Of a stretch of DNA of 64,000 nucleotides, positions 43,777 to 57,207 are shown one piece after another. The stretch's first letter is position 1, and each line of letters begins with the position of its first letter. This DNA comes from Eledone cirrhosa. Lineage: Eukaryota. The stretch covers positions 19,406,001 to 19,470,000 of the forward strand of contig OZ024750.1 of the NCBI GenBank assembly GCA_964016885.1, read 5' to 3'. The notes under the pieces were generated by a model that did no database searches, was not told the origin of the DNA, and saw nothing but the letters and a program-made list of their open reading frames with translations. Both the position numbers and the translations under genes were made by a program.

Positions 43777-44038
43777 TAATGTTATCTGCCAAAAGAAAAA
43801 AAAAGATAAATAAGGTACTTCATGCGATAGGAATGTAACCGTTACATTTGTTTGAAATTATCTCTCAAAACTGATTATTCCAAATGAATAAAATAGTTTC
43901 GTACTGTAGAAGTTAGTTTTAGAATATATATATATACAATAGTACAGTATATTCGAAGTTCGATCAGCAGCTAAGCCAACGAATGCTTTCAGCAGTGCAG
44001 CCAAGCACTCGACAAAGAATAAACCTCAGAGTAATAAC

Positions 44039-44222
44039 TGTTTCTACTTTTGACACAAGGCCAACAGTTACCCAGTGCATTACTGGTACTTTATTTTATC
44101 GACCCCGTAAGGATGAAAGGCAAAGTCAACCTCGGCGGGATTTGAAATCAGATCGTTAAGGGACGTAACTATGCTGGAAAGCATGGCGTCCGACCCTCTA
44201 CGGATAATGCCAATCCACTCCC
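44039..44222 (-). mobile_element. SINE, young short subfamily, with 18-bp TSD
   Basis: AAACCTCAGAGTAATAAC occurs at 44021-44038 and 44223-44240. Confidence 0.92.
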
Positions 44223-44337
44223 AAACCTCAGAGTAATAACATACAGTTTAAAGGGTTTTGCAAATTGAAAATAACGACCGCTAATTCAGCCGCGTGATCT
44301 GTAGCAACGAAAGAACTGACTAGTGAGTAAAGGAAAT

Positions 44338-44421
<84 letters not shown>

Positions 44422-44617
44422 TAAAAATATACATAAGTACATACATATATGCACATATCTGTCTATATATATATAATGTATAATAAACAATACAATATAA
44501 TTACCTCATTACCAGAGGTTTCCCGAAAAAGACGAATACAAATAAAGTCCTCATTCGTTCATCGGACACGGCAAAAAATTGTATGTCAATATTTATTTAT
44601 AAAACTGCTCTATATTA

Positions 44618-44682
44618 TATTTTATCTGATGAAAGCACACCATAATTTAACTTGGTGTCCTTGAAATATGTATAATGAAATA
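44618..44682 (+). ncRNA. Type I hammerhead, family A, intact core (in pLTR fragment 44580-44725)
   Basis: TATTTTAT-CTGATGA-aagcacacca..tggtgtcctt-GAAA-tatgta-TA-ATGAAATA. Confidence 0.8.
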
Positions 44683-44721
44683 AATATGGTTTTATAAATA
44701 TAGTTTCCATTTGTTAATATC

Positions 44722-44763
<42 letters not shown>

Positions 44764-44765
<2 letters not shown>

Positions 44766-45067
44766 TAAGAAGGTAATAGTGACGTAAACAAGATAAGAAC
44801 AGGAAAGAGAAAAAAAGGAATGAGGGAAAAAACGAAGTAAACATACGGAATAGAAGGGGGAACACAGGAGAATGGCACATGTAAGCAAGTAACCGAGGAG
44901 AAAATAGAATAAGTTATACTGTACTGATGGATATACGCCCGGTGGCCGTATAACTGCAGAGCTAGGTTTCTCCGTGGCGATTTAAGTGAAGTGAGTGTAG
45001 AGAGAGAGAAAGACGGAGAAACCGGAAGTGAGAGGAGCCCGGCGGTCGCCCTTATTACCTTCCTACA
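44764..45067. mobile_element. Solo-LTR-like or MITE-like element
   Basis: Begins TGTAAGAAGGTAATA and ends TATTACCTTCCTACA (TG..CA termini, 15-bp imperfect inverted ends). No TSD is visible. Confidence 0.5.
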
Positions 45068-45105
45068 CTTCGTTTCAGTAACCACACACATTGCCTCTTT
45101 ACCTG

Positions 45106-45135
<30 letters not shown>

Positions 45136-45141
<6 letters not shown>

Positions 45142-45340
45142 AACCAGTAAGACCCCGACAGCTGAGCTCAAGCCGTTTCGACGGCTAATTCTGGACTAAT
45201 TCAGTCCAGAATTAGCCGTCGAAACGGCTTGAGCTCAGCTGTCGGGGTCTTACTGGTTCCTATTACCCACTCTACTACCTCAAGTATTGAGTACTTTGGT
45301 GCGTTATGGTCCACCTGGTTCCTTACCACATTTCCTTCGT

Positions 45341-45342
<2 letters not shown>
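45136..45342 (+). mobile_element. Family C pLTR fold-back palindrome plus tail
   Basis: Homologue of 2394-2588. Confidence 0.7.
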
Positions 45343-45373
<31 letters not shown>

Positions 45374-45387
45374 ATATATATATATGG

Positions 45388-45476
45388 AGGGTGTCCCCAA
45401 AAATGTATACATACATATTTCAACACCATAGTAATGAATATTGCCTGTACAGGTGTGTATACATATTTAGGGACAA

Positions 45477-45519
<43 letters not shown>

Positions 45520-45626
45520 ATATATATATGTATATGGAGGGTGTCCCCAAAAATGTATACATACATATTTCAACACCATAGTAATGAATATTGCCTGTAC
45601 AGGTGTGTATACATATTTAGGGACAA

Positions 45627-45665
<39 letters not shown>

Positions 45666-45906
45666 ATATATATATATGGAGGGTGTCCCCAAAAATGTAT
45701 ACATACATATTTCAACACCATAGTAATGAATATTGCCTGTACAGGTGTGTATACATATTTAGGGACAACCTATATATATATATATATATGTTTGTGTGTG
45801 TATATATATATATATGGAGGGTGTCCCCAAAAATGTATACATACATATTTCAACACCATAGTAATGAATGTTGCCTGTACAGGTGTGTATACATATTTAG
45901 GGACAA

Positions 45907-45947
<41 letters not shown>

Positions 45948-46054
45948 ATATATATATATGGAGGGTGTCCCCAAAAATGTATACATACATATTTCAACAC
46001 CATAGTAATGAATATTGCCTGTACAGGTGTGTATACATATTTGGGGACAACCTA
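45388..46054. repeat. Tandem array of five ~92-bp Tc1/mariner-type MITEs separated by TA/TG microsatellite
   Basis: TIR AGGGTGTCCCCAAAAATGTATAC / GTATACATATTT(A/G)GGGACAACCT. Copies start at about 45388, 45538, 45680, 45818 and 45962. Confidence 0.85.
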
Positions 46055-46123
46055 TATATATATATATATATATGTATATTAATTCAAAATATTAACAAAT
46101 ATAGACATTCGTGTGATCAAGTA

Positions 46124-46190
46124 TATTTTATTATACATATTTCAGAGGTACTGAACTATCTTCAACAGTACGTCCTCATCAGATAAAATA
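46124..46190 (-). ncRNA. Type I hammerhead, family A', intact core
   Basis: Revcomp reads TATTTTAT-CTGATGA-ggacgtactg..cagtacctct-GAAA-tatgta-TA-ATAAAATA. Confidence 0.8.
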
Positions 46191-46292
46191 AGATGATGCT
46201 TGACATACCTTGACTATCTAGATGGTTAAAATTCAGTCATGGCATCTACATCGTCAAACATCTACATAGTCAAGGTATGTCAAGCATCATCT

Positions 46293-46359
46293 TATTTTAT
46301 CTGATGAGGACGTACTGTTGAAGATAGCTCAGTATCTCTGAAATATGTATAATAAAATA
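46293..46359 (+). ncRNA. Type I hammerhead, family A', intact core
   Basis: CTGATGA at 46301, GAAA at 46340 and stem I TATTTTAT/ATAAAATA. Confidence 0.8.
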
Positions 46360-46711
46360 TACTTGATCACACGAATGTCTATATCTATTAATATTTTGAA
46401 TTAATATTAATAACTCCGGAAAACCAAACTGTGGAGTGCTTCTAATCTATTGTAAAACTTTATTCATTGATTTATTCATTGAACCTTGTTTAACCTTTAA
46501 ATATAAGATCAAAAGATGGTTAAAAGAGTTCCAAGTATTTTATTATTATGCGCATTTCAAAAACAAATATGATCATGGGATGATATCTGCGTTCTCATCA
46601 GATAAAATAGGGAGACATGATATATATATATATATATATGCGTGTTTGTGTACAATATATATATATATATATGTATGTTTACATTCAAATAAATAAATAT
46701 ATATATATATA

Positions 46712-46832
46712 TTACGAAGGAGTTGGACCATAACGTACCAGAGTACTCAATACTTAGGGTTGTAGAGTGGGCTATTTCTGGACTGAAATAGCCGTCGAAA
46801 CGGCTTGAGCTCTGCCGTCGGGTTCATACTTT
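46712..46832 (-). mobile_element. Family C fragment (rearranged)
   Basis: Revcomp of the family C tail joined to GCCGTCGAAACGGCTTGAGCTC. Confidence 0.6.
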
Positions 46833-46836
46833 CTCC

Positions 46837-46919
<83 letters not shown>

Positions 46920-47512
46920 GTATATATGTATGAGTTTGTATATATGTATGTGTGTGTATATATGTATGTGTATGTATATATGTATGTGTGTGTATGTTTT
47001 TTTATGCATGCATCTGTATGTATGTAAGCGTGTGTCATTCATCGATTTATTTAAACGTCAGAGTGAAATCGGGAACAAAAGGTATTTTATGAAGGAGATC
47101 CCTTGAGATGGTTGCTTTGCATGGAGTTGAACACTCCCTGGTTAAACACGCCCTTGTCATTGTCAGCCATTTGGAGAATCAATAACCAGACATAACTCTT
47201 ACTACCACGAGGCTTAAGGTTAGAGACGGCCGCCATTCAACTTTACGCAAACACCAAGACGTTCTCAATGAACAGCGCTAATAACAGATATACATTCACG
47301 GATATGCACATGTAAATATGCACATCAAGACACACTGAGACATATACACATACACACACACATATATAGGTGTGTGTATACACACCTATATATATAAGTG
47401 TATATACATATACACTTATATATAGGTGTGTATATAGGTATATACATCTATATAGAGGTGTGTGTATAGGTATATACACCTATGTATGTTTACATATATA
47501 GCTATACATAAA

Positions 47513-47571
<59 letters not shown>

Positions 47572-47594
47572 ATATATGTATATAAATGAATGTG

Positions 47595-47646
<52 letters not shown>

Positions 47647-48374
47647 TTTGTGCACTGACAAGAGTGCGTGTATGTGACAATGTATTTTATTATGCCGCAT
47701 ATCGTCACGAATGCAGACAAGTGGAATGGAATAAAAAACCATTGATATTCAAATATACACAACATCTTCCTCTCGCTTCCTCTCGCTTTCTCTGTCTGAC
47801 TGTCTGTCTGTCTGTTTCTCTCTTTTTAATTCACAGAATATTGTCGTTATAAAGTATACATATAAAACTCAAACAGTAGCAATGACACTGATTTTAGTAC
47901 CGAGACAATCCGAATATCGGCAACAGCTACCATATAAAATATACTTGAATCTTGTACATACCTATGTACAAAAAACTTGCGTTTATAGACATTGTTCATA
48001 TCCAAGGTTATAGAAATTAACGCTATTATATAAAATATAGCCATTCCTGTCTATACACAACTTTATAGTCATTAACGTGACATATATATAGAAATATATA
48101 TATATAGAAATGACTGAAGAATTGAGGATATTAACAACAAGTTCAACGTCACTCTTAATCACGACTTAAACGTGACGAGTGAGAATGTCTGGCGTACTTA
48201 TTATCTATCTTGAAAGTAATAAAGTTGAGATGACATTTATAGTCTATTAACCTAGAATAATGGCCAACAGATTACTCAACTGTGACTCCATATATCTTTA
48301 AGCTTAGATGGTAATAGGTGATCGTTTCAAGAATATAGGTGTATAAATATATATATTTGTGTATATATGTATGC

Positions 48375-48438
<64 letters not shown>

Positions 48439-48454
48439 ATATAGATACATATAT

Positions 48455-48500
<46 letters not shown>

Positions 48501-48628
48501 CTATATTCTTGAAACGATCACCTATTACCTTCTATATGTGTATATACACTGATGCACTCTCTCATTCCCTCTCTCTGTCTCACACAAACACACGCACATA
48601 CGCAGACACACACACACACACACACATG

Positions 48629-48663
<35 letters not shown>

Positions 48664-48738
48664 TTTCTTTTTTTTCTTAAGGGCCTCATGCTAGCTGCCG
48701 AAACGGCCGGAGCTCAGCCGTCGGGGTCCTGACTCTTT

Positions 48739-48782
<44 letters not shown>

Positions 48783-49083
48783 CATCATAGATATCGGAAT
48801 CTTTCGACTGAAAACACCGTGGATAAAATTAAGATTTATGTTTGAATGAAGACAATTTAACTATGGGGGTTCAAAGCAAACACTCAATAAAACATAGGAA
48901 GATAACACAAAGCTATCACTGGAATGCACGAAGGGATTCAAAATCAATGGAGTGATCGAGGTTGCGATTCAATGTTAATGTGTATGTCTTTACTTATCTT
49001 AATTCTACCAATCCGGTGAATCGGCAGAGAGGTTAGGGTATCGAATAGGATGCTTTGTTATATATAAATGAAAATAAATATAG

Positions 49084-49318
49084 AAAGATTGGCGCTGAGC
49101 TGGCCAGCCGGAGGTGTGAGCATCGCGAGTTGCAATGGCTCTTCCAGCGCATCTCTCTTACCATACTCCGGGGAAACGACTTCTCCATACTGTCAGCCGG
49201 GGCTGTGGGGAGGCCAGCACGTGGGACCCCAGTTGCTCACTGTACAGATAGATGGGAATGAGGAGAGAGATGGAGGCGATGACAGTGGTAGTTCGGCTCT
49301 TCCACGTGTCGGACCATA
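49084..49318 (+). mobile_element. CRE-clade non-LTR retrotransposon 3' end
   Basis: Translates to KIGAELA..WLFQRISLTILRGN (the CRE 'FQRIS.AIQRGNA' terminus). The 3' UTR is shared with 17678 and 60798. Confidence 0.7.
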
Positions 49319-50254
49319 TCCCTGTGGTTGTGTTAATACAGCCACTTAGTGAAAACCCATTAAACAATTATTTTGCCCGACATAGATAAATTTATATATA
49401 CACAATGCCCTCAAAATGTATGTATGAAAATATACATATAAAAAAAACAATGTTATAATTATTAATTTAACGGAACCTCTAAATTCATGAAGATATGTAA
49501 TGATGGACAGATACCTCGTGTGTTTCGTGGGGTTGCTCACCGCTCTACACTGAAATATATGTAGGATAAAGATAAGTTTTTAGTATAACTTCGTTCTTCT
49601 CTCTAATTATATATACATATTGGACATATTTCACGGGTTAAACCGATTTACAGGAGACCCTGCGGCAGACCACGATTAAGATGGTTAGATAACATCCATC
49701 AGGGCGACTACTTTCACTTAGGGATACTACCAGATCAATTGGAAACAGTTGCTTCTGACAGTACAGCTGGAAGGCATATTTGAGAACTTTGCACCCACAA
49801 CTCCTCTAGGCACACGTTGTAAAAGGAGAAGGAGAAAGAGAAGACATATGTTTCTGGGAAGTATGTTTGTGGTTATTTAGGAGTATGTATATAAATAACG
49901 TATATACAGAAATATACTTACGAGTTAATTCACATCATGGAATACTTCACAGTATTAAATGAGGAGGGCGAGAGTTATATAGAGAGAGGGAATGAAGAGG
50001 ACATTATAGATTGGAGCGAAAGTGAGTTGTTGCTTCTGAGAATTCTAAATGCTCACACTACAGGAGAAAGTTTTCTTAAGTATCTTAGTATTCAAAATTA
50101 TTGATCAATCTGTTATATCTGTTGAACTACTAATAAATTATAAAGCCAAGTCACATTCCCAAATCTTGTTGATAACCCTAGCTTCTTAGCTCGAAACATT
50201 TGCAATATGTTTCATAGTACTGTTCGATAGTTTAAATTTACTGCCGTCAGGGGA

Positions 50255-50255
50255 A

Positions 50256-50300
<45 letters not shown>

Positions 50301-50603
50301 TATATATATATCAATATACACACACACATACATATATATATCAATATACACAGACACATATATATATATATCAATATACACAGACACACATATATATATA
50401 TATATGTATATATATACATATATATGTATATATACACATATACATATACATATCAATATACACAGACACATATATATATATATCAATATACACAGACACA
50501 CATATATATATGTATATATATACATATATATGTATATATACACATATACATATACATACATATATATATAATATAAATTATATATATATATATGTGTGTG
50601 TGC

Positions 50604-50640
<37 letters not shown>

Positions 50641-50739
50641 TATACATATATACATATATACATATATACATATATATACATATATATATATATATAATAT
50701 ACATTATATATATATATGTGTGTGCATGTATATATATAC

Positions 50740-50828
<89 letters not shown>

Positions 50829-50927
50829 CATATATATATATTTATATATATATATATGTATATATATATGTATATATAGATATACACATGTATATATAGA
50901 TATACACATGTATATATAGATATATAC
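50255..50927. repeat. Compound TA/CA microsatellite with higher-order duplications
   Basis: Direct inspection. Confidence 0.9.
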
Positions 50928-53321
50928 TTTCAGTATGCATATATGAATGCGTATGTAAGCAATGTTTTATGGAGTGCCAACTAACTTACTATATGATAAA
51001 TGTCAATATCTGGCCTTTGTTTCGTTTACCTTCCGACTTACCTCCATATATTAGGTTAGACATGCTTACATAAATCGTTAAACTGTATCTAATTATTGTT
51101 ATATCATCTAGAGATCGTTCAGAATAACTTGATAAAGACAATTAACAACCATACATTGTTTCTCTATGTATTCAAATCTATATTTACTTCTAAACATGTA
51201 CTATGGGGACTTTACTTTTATCGATTTTTGATGCATCAATATTTCGAGTTATAATTCATGTTTCACGATTTGCCAATGATTTATAGTTGCTAAAACAGCA
51301 GAAATCTATCTATAAGTTAACAAGACTTAAGTCTCAGGACGCTAGCAATAACTAAATGCCTTCTCTTTAAATATAGCAGAACCTATTCATATATTCAAAT
51401 CTAATCAGTTTATGTTAAGTCACAAGACACACACAAAATGTGACACACACATGTATGTGCACAGGTATATAGATCTTTAGAAGCTAATGTATTTACTTTA
51501 GTAACTTCCAGTTCTCGTTTGTTGAAACAGCTGAATTAGTGAAGTACATCTTTAAAAATTAATCTCAGGATTTAGGAATGAGCCTGTGATAGTGTATATA
51601 TACTTTTGGAGGCTCCCATGATTGTGGAAATGAAGTTAGTAAATTATTCCCAGACCAGAGTCCAAGCACGAATACATGCCATAGAGTGAATTCCTCTAAA
51701 GACACTCAATGATTTTAAACAGTTGAATGAATTAACTTTATGATAAACACAAAAATACAAAATCAAAAATATTTACAAAACCACTGAAAGATGATGAGTG
51801 ATTAAAATTCCTATGTGATATTGTTATATCATATTTTGAATATAGTTTCTGATATATGTTGATTCGTTACTTCAATCATATGATGAAGTGGAAACTGGAA
51901 AATTCAGATGTCTCAAGTTCTAATAAAATATTCTCATGACATAAGGTCACTTTTTCCATTTTTTGTGAACACAAAAATTTACGAATCTTTTATAAAATTG
52001 CGAAACAGAAATATAAAAAAAATATACGATGGTTAGATACATCACAAAAAAAAGTGTGTATGTATGTTTGTAAGTAGGTATGTATGTATATATATTGACC
52101 AGTTCTCCTTTTCAGATAGTGTTTCGATCCTCAGACAGTGGGATTGGCCTTTCCCCACTTAAAAACCTTCAAAGCACAGGCATTGCTTGTTCAGGATATG
52201 TTACAGGTTTGTGTGGCTGGCCGTAGCCTAAAAGTGCACCAAACTCTGTAATCTGACAGGTGATTGCAGTACTCTTAGCAGAGTTTGTAGCCATCATGTA
52301 TGTATGTATGCATATATGTATGTATGATGCATGATTGTATGTATGTATTATTCATGTATATAAGTATGCATGTATGTATGTTTGTCTACGCAAGCATGCA
52401 TGTATATATCAATACAACGAGCTATTTACTAAATTACTCACCTGAGATTATGCTGTATATATATTTGTCAAATGTGATCAGCAGTAGAATGGAACCCAAC
52501 GCCAGATGGATGCGAAGCTAAATATTATTTAACTTTGCAATTTCCCCCAAAAACTCCATATAAATTATATTTATACCACTGTATATCACCGCTTGTATTA
52601 CACGTTAAAGAATTGATATTATGAACAACTCAACATAATTGACAAATTAAGACTGAGATTAAAATAAAACCAGGTAAAATAATTATTTAACATATTCTTT
52701 CTTCTAATTCCTTACTTTTTGTTTTAGAAATATTTTTCAATTCTTTCTATAACTTGCTTGTAGCTGCTCGAGGTTTCTATTCTACTTTATTTTATATATA
52801 TACTTGATAAAATAAGTAAAAAACGCATTGTGAATGAAGTGAAGATATTAAAATAATTCATTGGGATGTGGGAATTAATTTCCAAAGAAAAGAGGAGCCA
52901 CTATATTTGTAAAAAAGTTAGGAATTTGAGAAAAAAGAATGATGAAGAATAAAATATAATTTGTTGCAAATTCGTGTAGGGGAAAAGAATGAATTGTAAT
53001 TGGTGAGAGTATTGGGTAATCCTGACATGTACATATGTATAACTTTATACATGTATGTATACACGCATACATACATACATACATGTTTATATTCGCACGT
53101 ACATGTATACACGCAATCATAATTACATATATATATATACACACATATAGAACAAAATATAAAATATATAAATATATGTATGTGTATGTCTATGGGTGTA
53201 TGTATGTGTTTCAGAAGGTGAGGTTGCTTATGTGTGCACATTTACAATGTTTTGATCAGATGAAACTTAGATATATAGAGAATACATACTTACGCACACA
53301 TATATACTAAATATTTATAGG

Positions 53322-53380
<59 letters not shown>

Positions 53381-53825
53381 GTATATATAGTAGTGTAGTT
53401 GATGTGAAGCATTGTGAGATATGTAGTAAAAGACGGAAACATTTTTTAAAAGGTGGTACACTGCATTAGAAAAATATGAAGGGCTTTTGAAAACAAAGTA
53501 GTGTTATACCCAATGTACTTCAGCATGATATTTCAGGTCTATTACCGTCTTTTCGTTTCGGAGACAGACAGTCCTTAATAAATGAATAGAGTGATCAGAG
53601 TTTTCAGAGTCCTCTCCTATATATATTTTTATATATGCTTGGTGGTCACCGATCTGTTCAGTTCGTTTGTCTTCCAGCATATCAGGAAAAAATTATACAT
53701 TCTCTAGATATTTTGTCGGAGGAGAACATGTATTGCTTTATGTTATACATAAACCTTTACTTCTTCGAAATATATATAATAAAATAAATAGAGATGATAT
53801 AAAGTCTATATCTTTCGTTTATTAC

Positions 53826-53872
<47 letters not shown>

Positions 53873-54006
53873 AGTAGTAACACAACAGTTAGTTCACCAT
53901 ACCGAGAACAATTGTTTACTAACTGTTGTGTTACTAATTCTACCAAACTCGTCCCGTGGACTGAGTGCTCTACCAGTACGGATATTACCTTCCAGTGTTC
54001 TACCCC
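53873..54006 (+). mobile_element. Family H pLTR fragment with fold-back
   Basis: Homologous to 5224-5330. The orientation switches at the palindrome AACAATTGTT. Confidence 0.6.
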
Positions 54007-54016
54007 CCTCTCTCTC

Positions 54017-54090
<74 letters not shown>

Positions 54091-54337
54091 TATTAAAAAA
54101 ATAATTGTTTCTACTTTTGGCACAAGGCCAGCAATTTCCCAAACAAAGAAACTCTTTGTTTATTCATTATTTTTTAAATAATTTATCTTGACTCTGTTTT
54201 CCGTTTATCTTTCACCGAAAGTAGTTTTTGAATGCATCTCTTCTTTTCATGATATCCGGATTACATTGAGTTCTTCATACGGATTGGACACTACCGTAAA
54301 CTTTTTGGTAGATTTATCTATATATATATATATATAT

Positions 54338-54672
54338 TATTCGTACAGAGGGTCATGCTGCCAATAAAAACACATGCACTTGCTGGTTTTCACGTCAAAT
54401 TATCATACATTTTTGGCTGTTTGGTTCAATAACTGGTTGGTTGTTTATGTATTGTCAAAAGAAACAAGATGTAGGACAGAACAAAGGAGAGGCACGAATA
54501 ATAAATCCGTCACTGAGGAGGTCTCAGTGTGTGTGACGAAAGATCTTTGAGAATATATAAACAACCATCCGATTATTGAACCAACCAGCCGTAAATTTAT
54601 AATAAATTAATGTGAAATCCAACAAGTGCATACGTTTTTCTTGGCAGCATGACCCTCCCGGACTATAACAAT
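54338..54672 (+). mobile_element. Family G pLTR with diverged inverted arms and a central hammerhead
   Basis: GAGGGTCATGCTGCCAA..TTGGCAGCATGACCCTC arms of about 125 bp. Confidence 0.7.
54510..54550 (+). ncRNA. Minimal type I hammerhead, family G
   Basis: TCA-CTGAGGA-g-gtctca..tgtgac-GAAA-gatc-TT-TGA, with palindromic stem III AAGATCTT. Confidence 0.6.
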
Positions 54673-55011
54673 ATCTGTTTCAACACATGTTTTCAGATAA
54701 GAAGTCTTGCAAAACAAATTATAAAACGAAGTGTATACATTTATATATATATAATAAAATAAAATAAGATAAATAAATACATACACAAGCACAATAACAA
54801 CAAGCACATAAACACACACTAGTCACCCAGCAGACACAACACTATACACACTAGTCACACAGCACACATAACACTATACACACACGCAAACGCATGCGCA
54901 AAGAAGACAAAATAAAATAAACAAACAAGCAAATAAATAAATAAATAAATATATAGACAGACTGAATAAAAAATGGCGTAGACATACAACACAACAGGAG
55001 GACAAAATATA

Positions 55012-55056
55012 ACACCACTGACGATGTTGCAGATGTGCAACGAAAGATTTATGTAA
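55012..55056 (+). ncRNA. Minimal type I hammerhead, family G variant (in pLTR 54960-55265)
   Basis: CTGACGA-t-GTTGCA-gatg-TGCAAC-GAAA-gatt-TA. Stem II is perfect and stem I is weak. Confidence 0.55.
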
Positions 55057-55259
55057 ATTATGTAAACTATATATATGTGTTTGTGTCTATATTGTATCTG
55101 TATCATTTTTGACCGTCGGTCAGTCAATGGCAACATTGAGGACCGAGTAAGTTAGATTACCGATATAAAAGACAGCGAGAAGCGAAAACCAACCAAACAG
55201 TGAGTGTGTTCTGTTATTAATTCTGGCAATATTACACAAATATGACCCTCCCCAAGTAT

Positions 55260-55297
<38 letters not shown>

Positions 55298-55676
55298 GAC
55301 GGACATGGGAAAAGAATACTCAATGCCGAAGTACAGTTTAAATATTAATTTATTATATTACTATCTAGCCAATGTGTGTGGATTATGTGTGTATGTTTCT
55401 ATATATATGATTATCTATCTATCTATTTTTCTCTCTCTCACCTTCTCTCTCTCCGCACATACATGTATGTATGTATGTATGTATGTATGTATGTATGTAT
55501 GTATGTATGTATGTATGTATGTATGTATGTATGTATGTATGTATGTATGTATGTGTGTGTGTACATGAATACACACACATACACATTAACGAAGGCTTTT
55601 ATAATTGAGATAATTTTAATTGGATCATCATATTTTCCTAGATGATTGACCTCAGTAATTATCTAGTACGTCATTA

Positions 55677-55718
<42 letters not shown>

Positions 55719-55719
<1 letters not shown>

Positions 55720-56847
55720 AACAGAACCCAGATCCCCTCAGGGAAATGGCCTTGCTCAGTATGTAGGAAAGGTGTAGGTAGGAACTCCATTCTCTGCCCC
55801 AAATGCAAACAATGGGTACACAAGAGATGTAGCGGGATCTCAGGAAGCTTAATTAAGAATGTAGGATTCACATGCAGCAGCTGTGCTGAAACAGCAAGCA
55901 AACAGCCACAGGAAACAAGTACCACCAATCTCTGGGAGGGCCCTTTAGAAACAGTAGACAGCTTCTGCTACCTAGGTGACCGAATTAGCAACGGAGGTGG
56001 GTGCTCAGAAAGTACAATAACTAGGGTAAGAACGGGATGGAAGAAGTTTAGGGAACTACTACCACTGCTAGCTGCAAAAGGCTTCTCCCTCAGAATGAAA
56101 GGCAGACTGTATGATGCGTGTATCCGAACAGCGATGTTGCATGGTAGTGAGACCTGGGCGCTGAAGGTGGAAGACTTACGTAGATTAGAGAGAAACGAAG
56201 CCTGCATACTCCGATGGATGTGTAACAGTAATATACGTGAACGACAAAGCATAAAGGAATTGATAGAGAGACTGAGCATAAGAGGAATCAAATGCTGCGT
56301 GCAGGAGAGGCGGTTACGCTGGTATGGACATGTGATGCGTATGAAGGATGACAGCTGCATAAAAAGGTGCAGAGCAATTAGAAGTTGATGGAAACCGCGG
56401 AGTGGGGAGACCCAAGATGACTTGGGATGAGGTGATAAAAGCCGACCTTACCCAACTACACCTCTCAAAGTCAATGACACACGACCGTGACTTCTGGCGT
56501 CACGCAGTAATACAGGGTACCCGACCTCCCATGGGTACATGCTGAAGCATATAAACAATATGCCCCCCCCCCCCCCCACCGCAAGGTGGCCGTGGAGGTG
56601 CCACGGCAAAAAAGCACCCAACACACACTGTAAAGTGGACGTGTAGGCGCCACGAAAAAGCACCCAGCACTCACTGTAAATGAGGTTGGTGTTAGGAAGG
56701 GCATCCAGCTGTAGAAATCAAGCCAGATCAGTTCCTGTATGAGCAAGGCATGGTCAGCCGACCAGACACTGCCCACAACAGGACAACCCGTCTAACCCAT
56801 GCTAGCGTGGAAGAACGGACGTAAAACGGTGATGATGATGATGATGA
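55719..56847 (+). mobile_element. RTE-clade LINE, 5'-truncated, with (GAT)n tail
   Basis: Encodes FCYLG, HGSETW and RRLRWYGHVMRM, with a frameshifted GRPKMTW. The 3' end reads AACCCATGCTAGCGTGGAA..GGACGTAAAACG(GT/AT)GATGATG. Confidence 0.9.
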
Positions 56848-57207
56848 CAGAGTGTTGTAGTTTACTTGAAGCATTGTTGAATAAGAAACACAAAATTTAA
56901 ATTGCTAAGAAAGCAATATAATCTTACCTTTGCAAATTTCCAATAATCCCAAATACTTTCGGGCTAAAAGATTCATATCCTTTAAGTCTCTCACATGGAT
57001 ACACCCTTCATAATGGCTTTTTAAATTTGGTAAGGTAAGATTCTATTCTTATCTCAGCAATTTCAATTTTCTAGTGCAGTGTATGCTTTTCAAAATTATT
57101 TAAGCTTCTGTTTCAAAAGTTACAGTAGGTTCACCCGAGTGAGCACTCGATGTTTAGGTTTACGTCAGTATCGAGGTGTAGACCTAGACAGAGGGTAATA
57201 TAATAAT

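Larger units (their letters stand above)
46076..46570. mobile_element. Family A' pLTR fold-back palindrome (46076-46407) plus tail
   Basis: About 148-bp inverted arms. The end of the tail recurs at 39875-39945. Confidence 0.8.

Noticed and set aside
45388-46054. CRISPR-like regular repeats and the 299-aa ORF 45287-46186
   Set aside because: The repeats are 92-bp TIR elements and the spacers are microsatellite. There are no cas genes and the context is eukaryotic.
50188-50255. Minus-strand CTGACGG..GAAACAT hammerhead-like motif
   Set aside because: Core mismatch and no credible stem II. At best a decayed pLTR.
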